Under the pieces are notes generated by a model that was not told where the DNA came from, made no database searches, and saw only the letters and a list, made by a program, of their open reading frames with translations. Below are positions 9,254-17,788 of a DNA stretch of 64,000 nucleotides, piece after piece (position 1 is the stretch's first letter; each line of letters starts with the position of its first letter). The position numbers and the translations under genes were made by a program. The DNA is taken from assembly GCA_038254115.1 (NCBI GenBank), contig JBBSGK010000004.1:4227-68226 (forward strand), written 5' to 3'. This DNA is from Candidatus Levyibacteriota bacterium. GTDB lineage: Bacteria > Patescibacteriota > Microgenomatia > Levybacterales > UBA12049.

Positions 9254-10135
9254 ATGCGTAAAAAGATCCGTAAAGCTGTTATTCCCGCTGCCGGGTTTGG
9301 TACCCGGTTTTTGCCTCAAACAAAGGCCATGCCCAAGGAAATGCTCCCGATTGTCGATAAGCCTGTGATCCAATACGTTGCCGAGGAAGCTGTAGCATCA
9401 GGGATAAAGGATATTATTATAGTGACAGGATCACTGAAGAGGGCGATCGAAGATCACTTTGATGCACCCAATTCAGATCTTATCAAAAATCTGGAAGTAG
9501 CGGGTAAGGACAAACTTCTCGCCCAGACAAGAGCTATCTCTGAGATGGCCAATTTTATATACATCCGCCAAAAAGGCATGTATGGCAACGGGACACCTGT
9601 TCTATCTGCGGAACCAGCGATTGAAGATGAATTCTTCGCAGTACTCTGGGGAGATGAGTTTATTTATAGTAATCCGCCAAGGCTTTCCCAGATGCTTGCA
9701 GTGCACGAGCAGTATGGCGGCGCTGTTATATCAGGTGTGCGGATTGAGAATAAAGAAGACCTAAGGCGCTATGGAATTGCGGAGGTGGAAGAAGTCAAGG
9801 GAAATGTTTTTAAGATAAAGAAGATAATCGAGAAGCCTCATCCCGATAAAGCTCCATCCAATCTTGCAACCCACGGCGCATACATTCTACCGCCTGAAAT
9901 CTTCGGAATCCTGAGAGATCAAAAGCCGGGGACAGGTGGAGAAATTTATTTACCGGAAGCTATAGATCAGCTCATCAAAACAGGCTATCCCGTATACGCA
10001 TGTGAGATAGAAAACGGCAAATATTTTGATACCGGGAATAAGCTTGAGTACATGAAGACAGTAGTCGAGTTTGCACTAAATCATGAAGATATAAGTGAAG
10101 ATTTCCGCACATTCCTCAAAGAGCTGAAGATTTAG
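9254..10135 (+). CDS. galU: UTP--glucose-1-phosphate uridylyltransferase
   Basis: KAVIPAAGFGTRFLPQTKAMPKEMLPIVDKPVIQY signature. Confidence 0.93.
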   Translation: MRKKIRKAVIPAAGFGTRFLPQTKAMPKEMLPIVDKPVIQYVAEEAVASGIKDIIIVTGSLKRAIEDHFDAPNSDLIKNLEVAGKDKLLAQTRAISEMANFIYIRQKGMYGNGTPVLSAEPAIEDEFFAVLWGDEFIYSNPPRLSQMLAVHEQYGGAVISGVRIENKEDLRRYGIAEVEEVKGNVFKIKKIIEKPHPDKAPSNLATHGAYILPPEIFGILRDQKPGTGGEIYLPEAIDQLIKTGYPVYACEIENGKYFDTGNKLEYMKTVVEFALNHEDISEDFRTFLKELKI

Positions 10136-10491
10136 GCTTGATCTATTTTTCTAATTCTAACTTTACCATGGTTGGTTAAAGTCCAGGATCTTATACTAAC
10201 AAGGCTTGGTCCATCGGGATCAATTGATGCAATATGGGTTCGTGCATAGCCCCATTTAGTTAGGGTTGACAATGTCTCAAATACACGAGGTTTAAAAGTA
10301 GGGGTAGAATGTGTATCTACAAGTTCGTCAAAGTGGTGTGAAGCAGAGTCTCCTGCCTGACGGTTTAATAACCGCAAACAATCAGCTTCAAACGGACTTA
10401 ATATTTTGGGTACTCTCCGCCTTTTTCCATTCTGCCACTCGTTAATCATCTGGCGTTTTTCTTGTCCTTCCGATTTTTCTCTTTCTACCAT
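10132..10491 (-). CDS. Orphan protein, winged-helix-like
   Basis: VFETLSTLTKWGY...WTLTNHGK resembles a PadR/MarR wing; start refined to MVEREKSEG behind TGCTATAAT. Confidence 0.55.
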   Translation of the reverse strand: MVEREKSEGQEKRQMINEWQNGKRRRVPKILSPFEADCLRLLNRQAGDSASHHFDELVDTHSTPTFKPRVFETLSTLTKWGYARTHIASIDPDGPSLVSIRSWTLTNHGKVRIRKIDQA

Positions 10492-10523
10492 AGCGAGCCG
10501 CATTATAGCATTTATTAATCACA

Positions 10524-10930
10524 TTGGCATTTTTATTTGCACTTTTTGCAGAAAAAGTGCCCAAAACTGCCGCCGGGTCTAGCTCCAGCTTTTTGAAATC
10601 TCACTCGTTCCCTAAAAGAGCCAGTCTTCGCTGCGCTTGCTTTTCCTCTTTTCCTGCCTGCCGGCAGACGTTCACTCATTCATTTCTCATGCAGTCGCTC
10701 GAATCGGCGGATACTATTTAGGCCTACCGTAATTCGGCAATTCGAGCATGCGTTAAAGAAATATGACTAATGAGCGTTAAGAAAACTGAAAAGTGAAGTG
10801 AAACTGAACGTAGTTTTTAGCGAAGAGGAAATATTTCTAGCACGCGCAGACCTGCCGACGCTTTTCGTTCTTTGTGCGCACAAAGAATAATAGAAAAGAA
10901 ATATTGCTGCAAAAAGTGCAATAAAAAACA
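10524..10930. repeat. Non-coding repeat doublet: two inverted ~200-bp units
   Basis: Left unit matches 30820-31012; the right half is a diverged inverted copy; hairpins GCACTTTTT-gcag-AAAAAGTGC and TTCTTTGTG-cg-CACAAAGAA. Confidence 0.75.
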
Positions 10931-10977
10931 TTATATTTACACAAAGAACAGATGAGAGAATTTGCTATACTAGTTAA

Positions 10978-11628
10978 ATGCCCAGGAAGTATTTGTTGAT
11001 TTTATCAGGAACTATATTATTTTTCATCTTTATCCTTTTCTCATATCTGGTGCACAAGAATCATTTTACTGCAACAGACTTTAATACAACTGTACGTATC
11101 CAAGACCGGATGCCGAGAAGGTTTGATAATATTTTTTCAACATTCAGTGATATCGGAAAAGTTGAAGTGATGTCTATCATTTTGTTAATAGTTTTGATCA
11201 TCTCAAGAAAAATTATCCGAGGTTTGATTGCTGTTGGATTGTACGTCGGATTTCATCTGATTGAGATTTACGGGAAGTTTTTTGTTTCTCATCCGCCGCC
11301 GCCGCAATTTATGCTCAGGACCAAACATATTATTGATTTTCCCCAGTTTCATGTGCGACTTGAAAATTCTTATCCGTCGGGACATGCGGGGAGGACACTT
11401 TTCCTATCAACGATTTTGATAATATTAATATATAACAGCAAAAAATTTTCTAAGGCGCTAAAAATAGGCTTGATCGGTTTAATAGTTTGTTTTGATATCA
11501 CTATGCTGGTTTCGCGCGTGTATCTGGGAGAGCACTGGACATCTGACGTGATAGGAGGAGCGGTACTGGGAGCAGGTTTGGGATTGGTAAGCGGGGGAGC
11601 GCTTACAAAAGCTTGGTTAGAAAGATGA
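10978..11628 (+). CDS. PAP2-family phosphatase
   Basis: SYPSGH and SRVYLGEHWTSDV motifs; TM helices. Confidence 0.9.
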   Translation: MPRKYLLILSGTILFFIFILFSYLVHKNHFTATDFNTTVRIQDRMPRRFDNIFSTFSDIGKVEVMSIILLIVLIISRKIIRGLIAVGLYVGFHLIEIYGKFFVSHPPPPQFMLRTKHIIDFPQFHVRLENSYPSGHAGRTLFLSTILIILIYNSKKFSKALKIGLIGLIVCFDITMLVSRVYLGEHWTSDVIGGAVLGAGLGLVSGGALTKAWLER

Positions 11629-12390
11629 TTTGTTGTTATAATTTTGCGCGCTGGAATCATTATCAGAATTAATGGAATCTCCACCACTAAACAGTGGTGA
11701 ATAATTGGCAAGGAGAAGTAGGACACCTGTAACTATCAGCAGTATTTTAATAGTTTTATTCTTCATAGCCATATAAAAACTAGGATAGGTGTCTGAGAGA
11801 TAGAAGCTATAAATATTTTGAGCCAAGTCTATTCTTATTGAATCACGGTTGAACTCATAAAGGCTTTCAGGATACTTACCTGTAAAGAGGATTGCAAACC
11901 AAGAAATAACCACAGCCACATAGGATCCATTTTGAATAACGCTTTGGAATATTAAATAGGGAATAAGCAAAATAATTCTAATTAGAAAACCAATTAGAGG
12001 AAAGGCCAACAAACGGCTGGGAGCAGTAGGTTTGTCAATTTTCAATGTAAAGATTCCATTATCATCCAGTCCAAATCCCGGATATTTGTCCGTCAACCCG
12101 TAAACATATAGATTTATTTTTGTGGTAAATTTCATATATTTTAGGTTAAAGTCATATGCTGAGTCCCAATATTTTCCGGTAAACAAGATAACAAACGGAG
12201 TCCCAATCATGTATATGGAAGCTACGAGAGAATAGGCAAAATTCACAAATGCAACCGGAATCAAAAGAATTATTTTTATAAGTATTCCTATGAAGGGAAA
12301 AGCAAGAAGTCGGCTGGGGTTTTCATTATTTTTTATAATCAGCTGGGGATATATATTTTGCTTTACGTTTTTCTTTTCGGCCATATCCAC
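11617..12390 (-). CDS. Membrane protein with duplicated DUF4389-like domain
   Basis: Two repeats of SRLLAFP...ILFTGKY...D.YP.F. Confidence 0.7.
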   Translation of the reverse strand: MDMAEKKNVKQNIYPQLIIKNNENPSRLLAFPFIGILIKIILLIPVAFVNFAYSLVASIYMIGTPFVILFTGKYWDSAYDFNLKYMKFTTKINLYVYGLTDKYPGFGLDDNGIFTLKIDKPTAPSRLLAFPLIGFLIRIILLIPYLIFQSVIQNGSYVAVVISWFAILFTGKYPESLYEFNRDSIRIDLAQNIYSFYLSDTYPSFYMAMKNKTIKILLIVTGVLLLLANYSPLFSGGDSINSDNDSSAQNYNNKSSF

Positions 12391-12447
12391 AGACTAATCA
12401 AGTGGAGCGTACTTGTCAAGCAGGAATAAATATGCTAATCTAGTATT

Positions 12448-12681
12448 ATGAATCTGCAGGACACTTTCTACATTTTGGGAATAGTATTTATGTCGTTCAG
12501 CATTGTGATACTTATCGCGATTGCTATTCTGATTTTTTATCTCAAAAAAAGAGTTGAGGAAATTCATAAATTTGTTGATAATAAAATTGAGGAGATTTCA
12601 ACAGTTACAAATCCAATTAAGAATGCAGTAGGTTTTGCCAGCTCTTTTTTCTCAAGTAAATCCAAAAAGACAAAGAACTAA
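12448..12681 (+). CDS. Small membrane protein
   Basis: 77 aa, one TM helix followed by a coiled segment. Confidence 0.65.
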   Translation: MNLQDTFYILGIVFMSFSIVILIAIAILIFYLKKRVEEIHKFVDNKIEEISTVTNPIKNAVGFASSFFSSKSKKTKN

Positions 12682-12689
12682 TAAAGAAT

Positions 12690-13256
12690 TTGACCAAGCT
12701 ATTTATTCCAATTCTTCTCGGAACTGTACGCCCCAAGCGTGAATCCATAAAAGCCGCAAATTTGATTGAGAAAGTAGGAAAGACGATTAAGGAGATAGAA
12801 GTTTCATTAGTCGATCCGAAGGATTACAATTTTCCCTACGATGGCAATGATCCTGAGAACAAAGACCCGCGCTATTCAAAGCTGACAAAAAAAGCTGATG
12901 GATTTTTTATAGTGACACCGGAATATAATCACAGCTTTCCCGGAACTTTGAAAAGAATGCTCGACTCAGAGCTCAAAAATTACATCCATAAGCCTGTTGC
13001 ATTTGCCGGTGTTTCCAATGGAATTTTTGGGGGAGCCCGGGCTATTGAATCGCTCACCCATACAGTACGTGAGATGGGGCTTGTTCCTACTTTTTCAGAT
13101 GTCTATTTTCCGCAAATTCAGAATCTATTTGATGAAAAAGGAGAGATAATTGATAAGGGATATGTGAAAAGAATTGAGAGGGGATTTGCCGAGCTGATCT
13201 GGATGAGCAAAGCGTTGAAGTGGGGACGGGAGAATCTGGAAAGTATTTATCACTAA
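12690..13256 (+). CDS. NADPH-dependent FMN reductase (flavodoxin-like)
   Basis: ILLGTVRPKRES, ADGFFIVTPEYNHSFPGTLK and GGARA motifs. Confidence 0.9.
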   Translation: MTKLFIPILLGTVRPKRESIKAANLIEKVGKTIKEIEVSLVDPKDYNFPYDGNDPENKDPRYSKLTKKADGFFIVTPEYNHSFPGTLKRMLDSELKNYIHKPVAFAGVSNGIFGGARAIESLTHTVREMGLVPTFSDVYFPQIQNLFDEKGEIIDKGYVKRIERGFAELIWMSKALKWGRENLESIYH

Positions 13257-13885
13257 GAAGTTGCAAATTCAGGCATTGGTATATCCGCAAAGCGTGGTAC
13301 AAGTTCAGGATTAAGTTCCGGATCCCGGACAGCTCTATTTATAAGTATCAAAGATTCTGCAACATTTCTTTGCAACTCTTCAATTTGATACCATGGGCTT
13401 TCTTCATCCCCAAGTGTGAATCCAGCACCATTTAGCCCTAGGTCTTGCAGCGATTCACGATCCAAGACTTTACCGTACTGGTGGTCAGAATGGTAATTTA
13501 TTTCATGTAGTGGTGTCTCATCAGGTTTAAAGCTGTAATTAATTGTTATAGTACGCATGTCATCCCACTTCGCATCGTCATAACTAACATTCCTGCTTGG
13601 CCTCCCATAAATTTCGGCAACTATCCTGCCGCTTCCATATAATGGTAAAGTAGCTGCTCCAAGATTAACTGGTGTTGAGAAAGCTCTTTTGTTATCTTCA
13701 TTGCCAATGACTTTTAAAAGATCGATTCCTCCTTCGACTAATGATTGTTGTCTTTCAAGAGCAGCAATTTGAAACCGTCTATCAGCAGGATCAATCTCGC
13801 CGTTTTTGACTTTATGATGAGTTTCTGCTCGTTTGAGATGCACTCTCTTTTCTATCATTTGAGCCCTGAGTCTTTCGGGATTCAT
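13253..13885 (-). CDS. Orphan protein (cassette 1 at the FMN reductase end)
   Basis: Start refined to MNPERLRAQ behind TTGCTA-16-TATACT; its stop overlaps the reductase stop. Confidence 0.7.
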   Translation of the reverse strand: MNPERLRAQMIEKRVHLKRAETHHKVKNGEIDPADRRFQIAALERQQSLVEGGIDLLKVIGNEDNKRAFSTPVNLGAATLPLYGSGRIVAEIYGRPSRNVSYDDAKWDDMRTITINYSFKPDETPLHEINYHSDHQYGKVLDRESLQDLGLNGAGFTLGDEESPWYQIEELQRNVAESLILINRAVRDPELNPELVPRFADIPMPEFATS

Positions 13886-13982
13886 AAGTATATAGTATAT
13901 CACATAAATGCAATATAGCAATAGACAAATTGCGTTAAGCCAAATATTATTTAGTCTTATAGATTTTTTTAATTATTTTGCC

Positions 13983-14072
13983 AGGCGAATCGAAAAAGTT
14001 TACACCGAGCTGATCTCGTTGGCAAAGAGTCTGAAATGGGGACGGGAGAATTTGAAAAGTATTTATCACTGA
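13983..14072 (+). pseudogene. Second, diverged copy of the FMN reductase 3' end
   Basis: Reads RRIEKVYTELISLAKSLKWGRENLKSIYH* versus gene end KRIERGFAELIWMSKALKWGRENLESIYH* (13167-13256). Confidence 0.9.
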
Positions 14073-14872
14073 GCATCGGGATCTTGCGGATTCTCTTCAT
14101 CAGAAATTGGATTAAGCATCTCCCGGAGCTTGCGTCTTGCTCTCATCAGTTTTAATCTGACTCCGTCTTCGCTAGTACCGAGAACATCTGCGATCTCTTG
14201 TATTGAAAAAAGTCCACTTTCAACAAGATTGACTACAATACGAGGGTCAAATATGACATGTTCAGTATGGTTTGGTGAATCCGAATCCGCATTATTTTTT
14301 TGTTTTTTATTATAATATTGTTTGGCTACTTCTTCTCCTAAAGCATTTACTCTGGTTTTTAATGTATCTAATTCCGGAATCTCCTCTAAGCTACTGCATA
14401 CCACGTTTAAAGCTTCAATGATATCACTTTTTAGATTACCCCTCCTGGGCAAATGGGGCAAAAGGGTATATCCAGCACTCACTAATAAATCAACGCGGTC
14501 ATGAGGACTTATGGAATCATCTTCAGTTTTAAGTGCTTTCAAATACATCTTTGCTAAAATACTGGGCGCTACTTTTTTTTGATTCAATGGTATCATTTCA
14601 AGTAATTTTAAAGCTCCTCTTCTTTGGCGGATAATCCACGGATTTTCAGTTTGCCCACTTATACCAGAAAGCAACTCTCTAGTTAGATTCGCAGTTTGCC
14701 CGTTTGACCTCTCAGAATAATGATCCAATTCTGTCCTGATACCGCTCATTAGGAGCTTGCGTTTCGGATCGCGTTCATTCAATAAAAGTGATAATAGGCT
14801 ATCTTTTTCTAGGATTCCTGCGACTAAAATACGATGGGGCTGCATTCTTAATTCTTTTCTCTCGTATTGCAT
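14066..14872 (-). CDS. Orphan protein with C-terminal sigma70 region 4-like HTH (cassette 2)
   Basis: FSIQEIADVLGTSEDGVRLKLMRARRKLRE; own TTGACA-17-TACAAT promoter. Confidence 0.75.
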   Translation of the reverse strand: MQYERKELRMQPHRILVAGILEKDSLLSLLLNERDPKRKLLMSGIRTELDHYSERSNGQTANLTRELLSGISGQTENPWIIRQRRGALKLLEMIPLNQKKVAPSILAKMYLKALKTEDDSISPHDRVDLLVSAGYTLLPHLPRRGNLKSDIIEALNVVCSSLEEIPELDTLKTRVNALGEEVAKQYYNKKQKNNADSDSPNHTEHVIFDPRIVVNLVESGLFSIQEIADVLGTSEDGVRLKLMRARRKLREMLNPISDEENPQDPDAQ

Positions 14873-14921
14873 AGGTAGTGCATTGTAAGAAATAAGAACT
14901 ATAATGTCAAACGGATCGGAG

Positions 14922-14954
14922 GGAAGGGAGAATTTGAAAAGTATTTATCATTGA
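14922..14954 (+). pseudogene. Third copy of the FMN reductase 3' end
   Basis: gga agg gag aat ttg aaa agt att tat cat tga = GRENLKSIYH*. Confidence 0.85.
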
Positions 14955-14958
14955 CTCA

Positions 14959-15621
14959 TCAATTATCATAAACCCTTACTGCAATATCCGGATTTCCGTA
15001 GACTAACGCAGCATCACAAGATCGGAACCAAATATCCAATTGTGTACCGTAACCGTATGTATCATCAATTATAAATCTGTGACCTGCCATCGGACCGGAT
15101 AGGACATCTACATGTGCCCTTTGTGGTTCATCGTTCATGGCAATATCTCCTTCTTTTGCCAATCCCACACCTGAGTTTGTGTCACAATATGCAGTTGATT
15201 TTACAGTACGATCGTGAAAGGTAGAGGATGGATTAGGACTAGAGGCCAACGGATAGGAATCTGTTGTGCTAGCTGAGGTAGGTTCAGTGAAGGTCGGCTC
15301 GGTTTTAGTCGCCGTTTCTTTTGGGGGTGGTGCGGTTATTTCGGGTGAAGCTGTTGGGGGAGGAGCTACAAAAATGGTACTTGTAGATGTATCAGGATTT
15401 ACAAAAATTGTTGTTGAAGTTGGAATTGTACGGGAGGTTGGTTCTACCGCACGCAGGCCTGATGTCACAATAGTTGCACGGTTGTCTACGTGTCTTGCAG
15501 CTGCAACACCTGCGGCTGATTCGGTTAGTGAAACAAATAACATGGCTGAGCGGAATGTTTTTGATCTAAAAAGCCTATTTATCCTATCGGAACGAGCTCC
15601 TTGTTCATGACTTATTCTCAT
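14959..15621 (-). CDS. Membrane-anchored Pro/Thr-linker protein with 3D/DPBB-like domain (cassette 3)
   Basis: STAYC...IIDDTYGYGTQLDIW...ALVYG pattern of 3D domains. Confidence 0.65.
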   Translation of the reverse strand: MRISHEQGARSDRINRLFRSKTFRSAMLFVSLTESAAGVAAARHVDNRATIVTSGLRAVEPTSRTIPTSTTIFVNPDTSTSTIFVAPPPTASPEITAPPPKETATKTEPTFTEPTSASTTDSYPLASSPNPSSTFHDRTVKSTAYCDTNSGVGLAKEGDIAMNDEPQRAHVDVLSGPMAGHRFIIDDTYGYGTQLDIWFRSCDAALVYGNPDIAVRVYDN

Positions 15622-15675
15622 TTTATTAAGCTCAAAATAACATCTGGGAGCTTATATGTCAAATTATTAAGGCTA

Positions 15676-16380
15676 TTAGCGGATGTCGCTTAGATCCTGG
15701 GGTTTTTTGAATGCGAATTGGTTTATGTAGCCCGGAAGGTATGAAAGCATGCCTTTTAAAAAGCCATTTTTTACGCGTCTGCCATCAACTATAACGGGGA
15801 AACGGATAAATTTTATTTTCCCAAGCTTGTTAACACGGTTGGCAAGGTCAATGTCCTCATTGCTCAATAGGGCGGGATTGAACTCTCCTGCTTTTTTGTA
15901 ATCATCTGATCGTATGGCGAAGTTGAATCCTGTCAGCCAAAAGTGCCCGGCAAAAAGACGGTAGGCTACCATCGCGGTTGGTTGAATAATGTCGAAACAT
16001 ATATTGGTCCACCTAGAACAATCCTCAATTCTTCCAGTACCTGTAACTGCTACTATATTTTTGTCGGATAGAGGAGCTGTCAATTTCTCAATCCAATCTC
16101 GTGGCGCAATACTGTCTCCATCAAGAGATAGAATTATCTCGCCCTTTGCTTTCCGGAATCCTGCAAATCGTGCTGAACCGCGTCCTTTCACAGGCTCTTT
16201 AATTACTTTTAGATCGAGTTTATCTTTATACTTATTTGCAGTTTCAAAAGTTCTATCAGCCGAGCCATTGTCCACGACAATTACCTCATAAGGTTTATCA
16301 GTAGTTTGGTCGATGAGGGATTCAATACATCTGCCTATTGTTTTCTCTTCATTGTAGGCGGGGATAACTATAGATATCAT
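15676..16380 (-). CDS. Glycosyltransferase family 2
   Basis: ISIVIPAYNEE, VVDNGSAD, DGD and ED motifs. Confidence 0.92.
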   Translation of the reverse strand: MISIVIPAYNEEKTIGRCIESLIDQTTDKPYEVIVVDNGSADRTFETANKYKDKLDLKVIKEPVKGRGSARFAGFRKAKGEIILSLDGDSIAPRDWIEKLTAPLSDKNIVAVTGTGRIEDCSRWTNICFDIIQPTAMVAYRLFAGHFWLTGFNFAIRSDDYKKAGEFNPALLSNEDIDLANRVNKLGKIKFIRFPVIVDGRRVKNGFLKGMLSYLPGYINQFAFKKPQDLSDIR

Positions 16381-16444
16381 ATTTTATAAATTCCAAGTTC
16401 TAATTACCAATATCTAATAAATTGACAAATTTTACAAGTGCAAA

Positions 16445-17680
16445 TTAAACCATGCTATCTACTTTAGCCAGAGTACGTGTATGTCCATTTTGGTCCCTCC
16501 TTCTTGCAGATTCAGAGGCTGTATGGGGTTTTATCCCTTCTATTTTCATTTTTTGGGCTACAACCCGACGAGAAATACTATATTTAAGTGCGATATCAGA
16601 TGGGGAAAGTCCATCTTCCCGGAGAAGAACAATTAGTTCCTCTCCAGATAATGCCGCAAAAGTCTCAAACTTTTTTTCTTCTCGGGCCGTAGACTTAGGT
16701 TGGCCATCTTGTGTTTGGGAGTCTGGATTAAAATAGCTATTTAATCTATTTATTGCGTTTTCTACAGTTTGCCGCGCTAATTCTCTAGAAATTTCAAGCA
16801 CAGCTCCAACTTCCACATTCGACCTAGGATAACCCCGGTCAAATCCATAAGATAGCACGACGGCTCGGCGTTCTCTTTCCGGAAGAAGATCTAATATTTC
16901 ACCTATCTCTTTAATTTCAGTACTGCTTAATCCCGCAACATCAGGACGTGGAGCTGTTGTCTCTGCGACCCGATCACCAATCGTCGGTGAATCAGAGTCG
17001 CTACTGACATGATCCTCAAGAGCCCGTTCTTGTTGAAAAATTTTGGCTATGTTTGTTACTTCATCTGGTGTTCTTTTCAATTTTGCTGCGAGCTCATCTG
17101 TAGTTGGTTCGCGCCCATTATCAATTAAAAATGCTGTGCTTACATTTTTGATTGCTCTATGTTCCTCGTGTCTATGGGTGGGAATCCGAATGTTCCTACC
17201 CGTGTCCCGTATACCTTTTATAACTGCTTGTCTGATCCACGAAGTTGCATAAGTTGAAAATTTAAAACCTTTTCTGGCATCAAATTTGTCAACTGCATGC
17301 ATAAGACCAAAAGTCCCTTCTTGTATAAGATCCATAATCGGCAATCCATTACCTGTATATCTTTTTGCTATATTTACAACCAATTTTAAGTTGGACCCGA
17401 CAAACATTTCTTTTGCTTTTCTTCCTGCTTCAACTTGAACCTCTGCTTTTCGTTTTTCATCGTCTGATAATCCACCCCTCCGTTTTAATGCAACTTCTGC
17501 TTTTCTACCCCTTGCAATATCACCAGCCAGTTGGACTTCATCAGCCCTGGTAAGTAAAGGATACTTGCGAATATCGTTTAGATATATTGTAAATGAATCA
17601 GCGTTTTCTCTCCCACGACTTGTAGCTCTCCCTCTGCCGGGCATTACATCTCTTTCTGTATGTTGCTCATTTCTTGGCAT
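16445..17680 (-). CDS. RpoD-like sigma70 factor paralog with extra C-terminal HTH
   Basis: Region 1.2 YLNDIRKYPLLT; region 2 NLKLVVNIAKRY...DLIQEG...KFDARKGFKFSTYATSWIRQA; regions 3 and 4; extra LSPSDIALKYSISRRVV helix-turn-helix. Confidence 0.88.
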   Translation of the reverse strand: MPRNEQHTERDVMPGRGRATSRGRENADSFTIYLNDIRKYPLLTRADEVQLAGDIARGRKAEVALKRRGGLSDDEKRKAEVQVEAGRKAKEMFVGSNLKLVVNIAKRYTGNGLPIMDLIQEGTFGLMHAVDKFDARKGFKFSTYATSWIRQAVIKGIRDTGRNIRIPTHRHEEHRAIKNVSTAFLIDNGREPTTDELAAKLKRTPDEVTNIAKIFQQERALEDHVSSDSDSPTIGDRVAETTAPRPDVAGLSSTEIKEIGEILDLLPERERRAVVLSYGFDRGYPRSNVEVGAVLEISRELARQTVENAINRLNSYFNPDSQTQDGQPKSTAREEKKFETFAALSGEELIVLLREDGLSPSDIALKYSISRRVVAQKMKIEGIKPHTASESARRRDQNGHTRTLAKVDSMV

Positions 17681-17788
17681 AAAATATTATAGTACGCATT
17701 ATACAGGTAATTAAAGCAAAATTCCATCCTCTTATAGGTTTAGGAAAATTTATTATTGGGCTGTACGGAAATAAAAGCTGGTTTTAAC

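Noticed and set aside
10524-10721. Similar short ORFs at 10524-10721 and 30787-31014 as a protein family
   Set aside because: They lie within the non-coding repeat, start at TTG, and conservation follows DNA hairpins rather than codons.
13167-14954. Repeats between orphans as integron attC sites or CRISPR repeats
   Set aside because: They translate as the reductase C-terminus, are not palindromic, vary in length, and are spaced by whole genes; no intI or cas genes are present.
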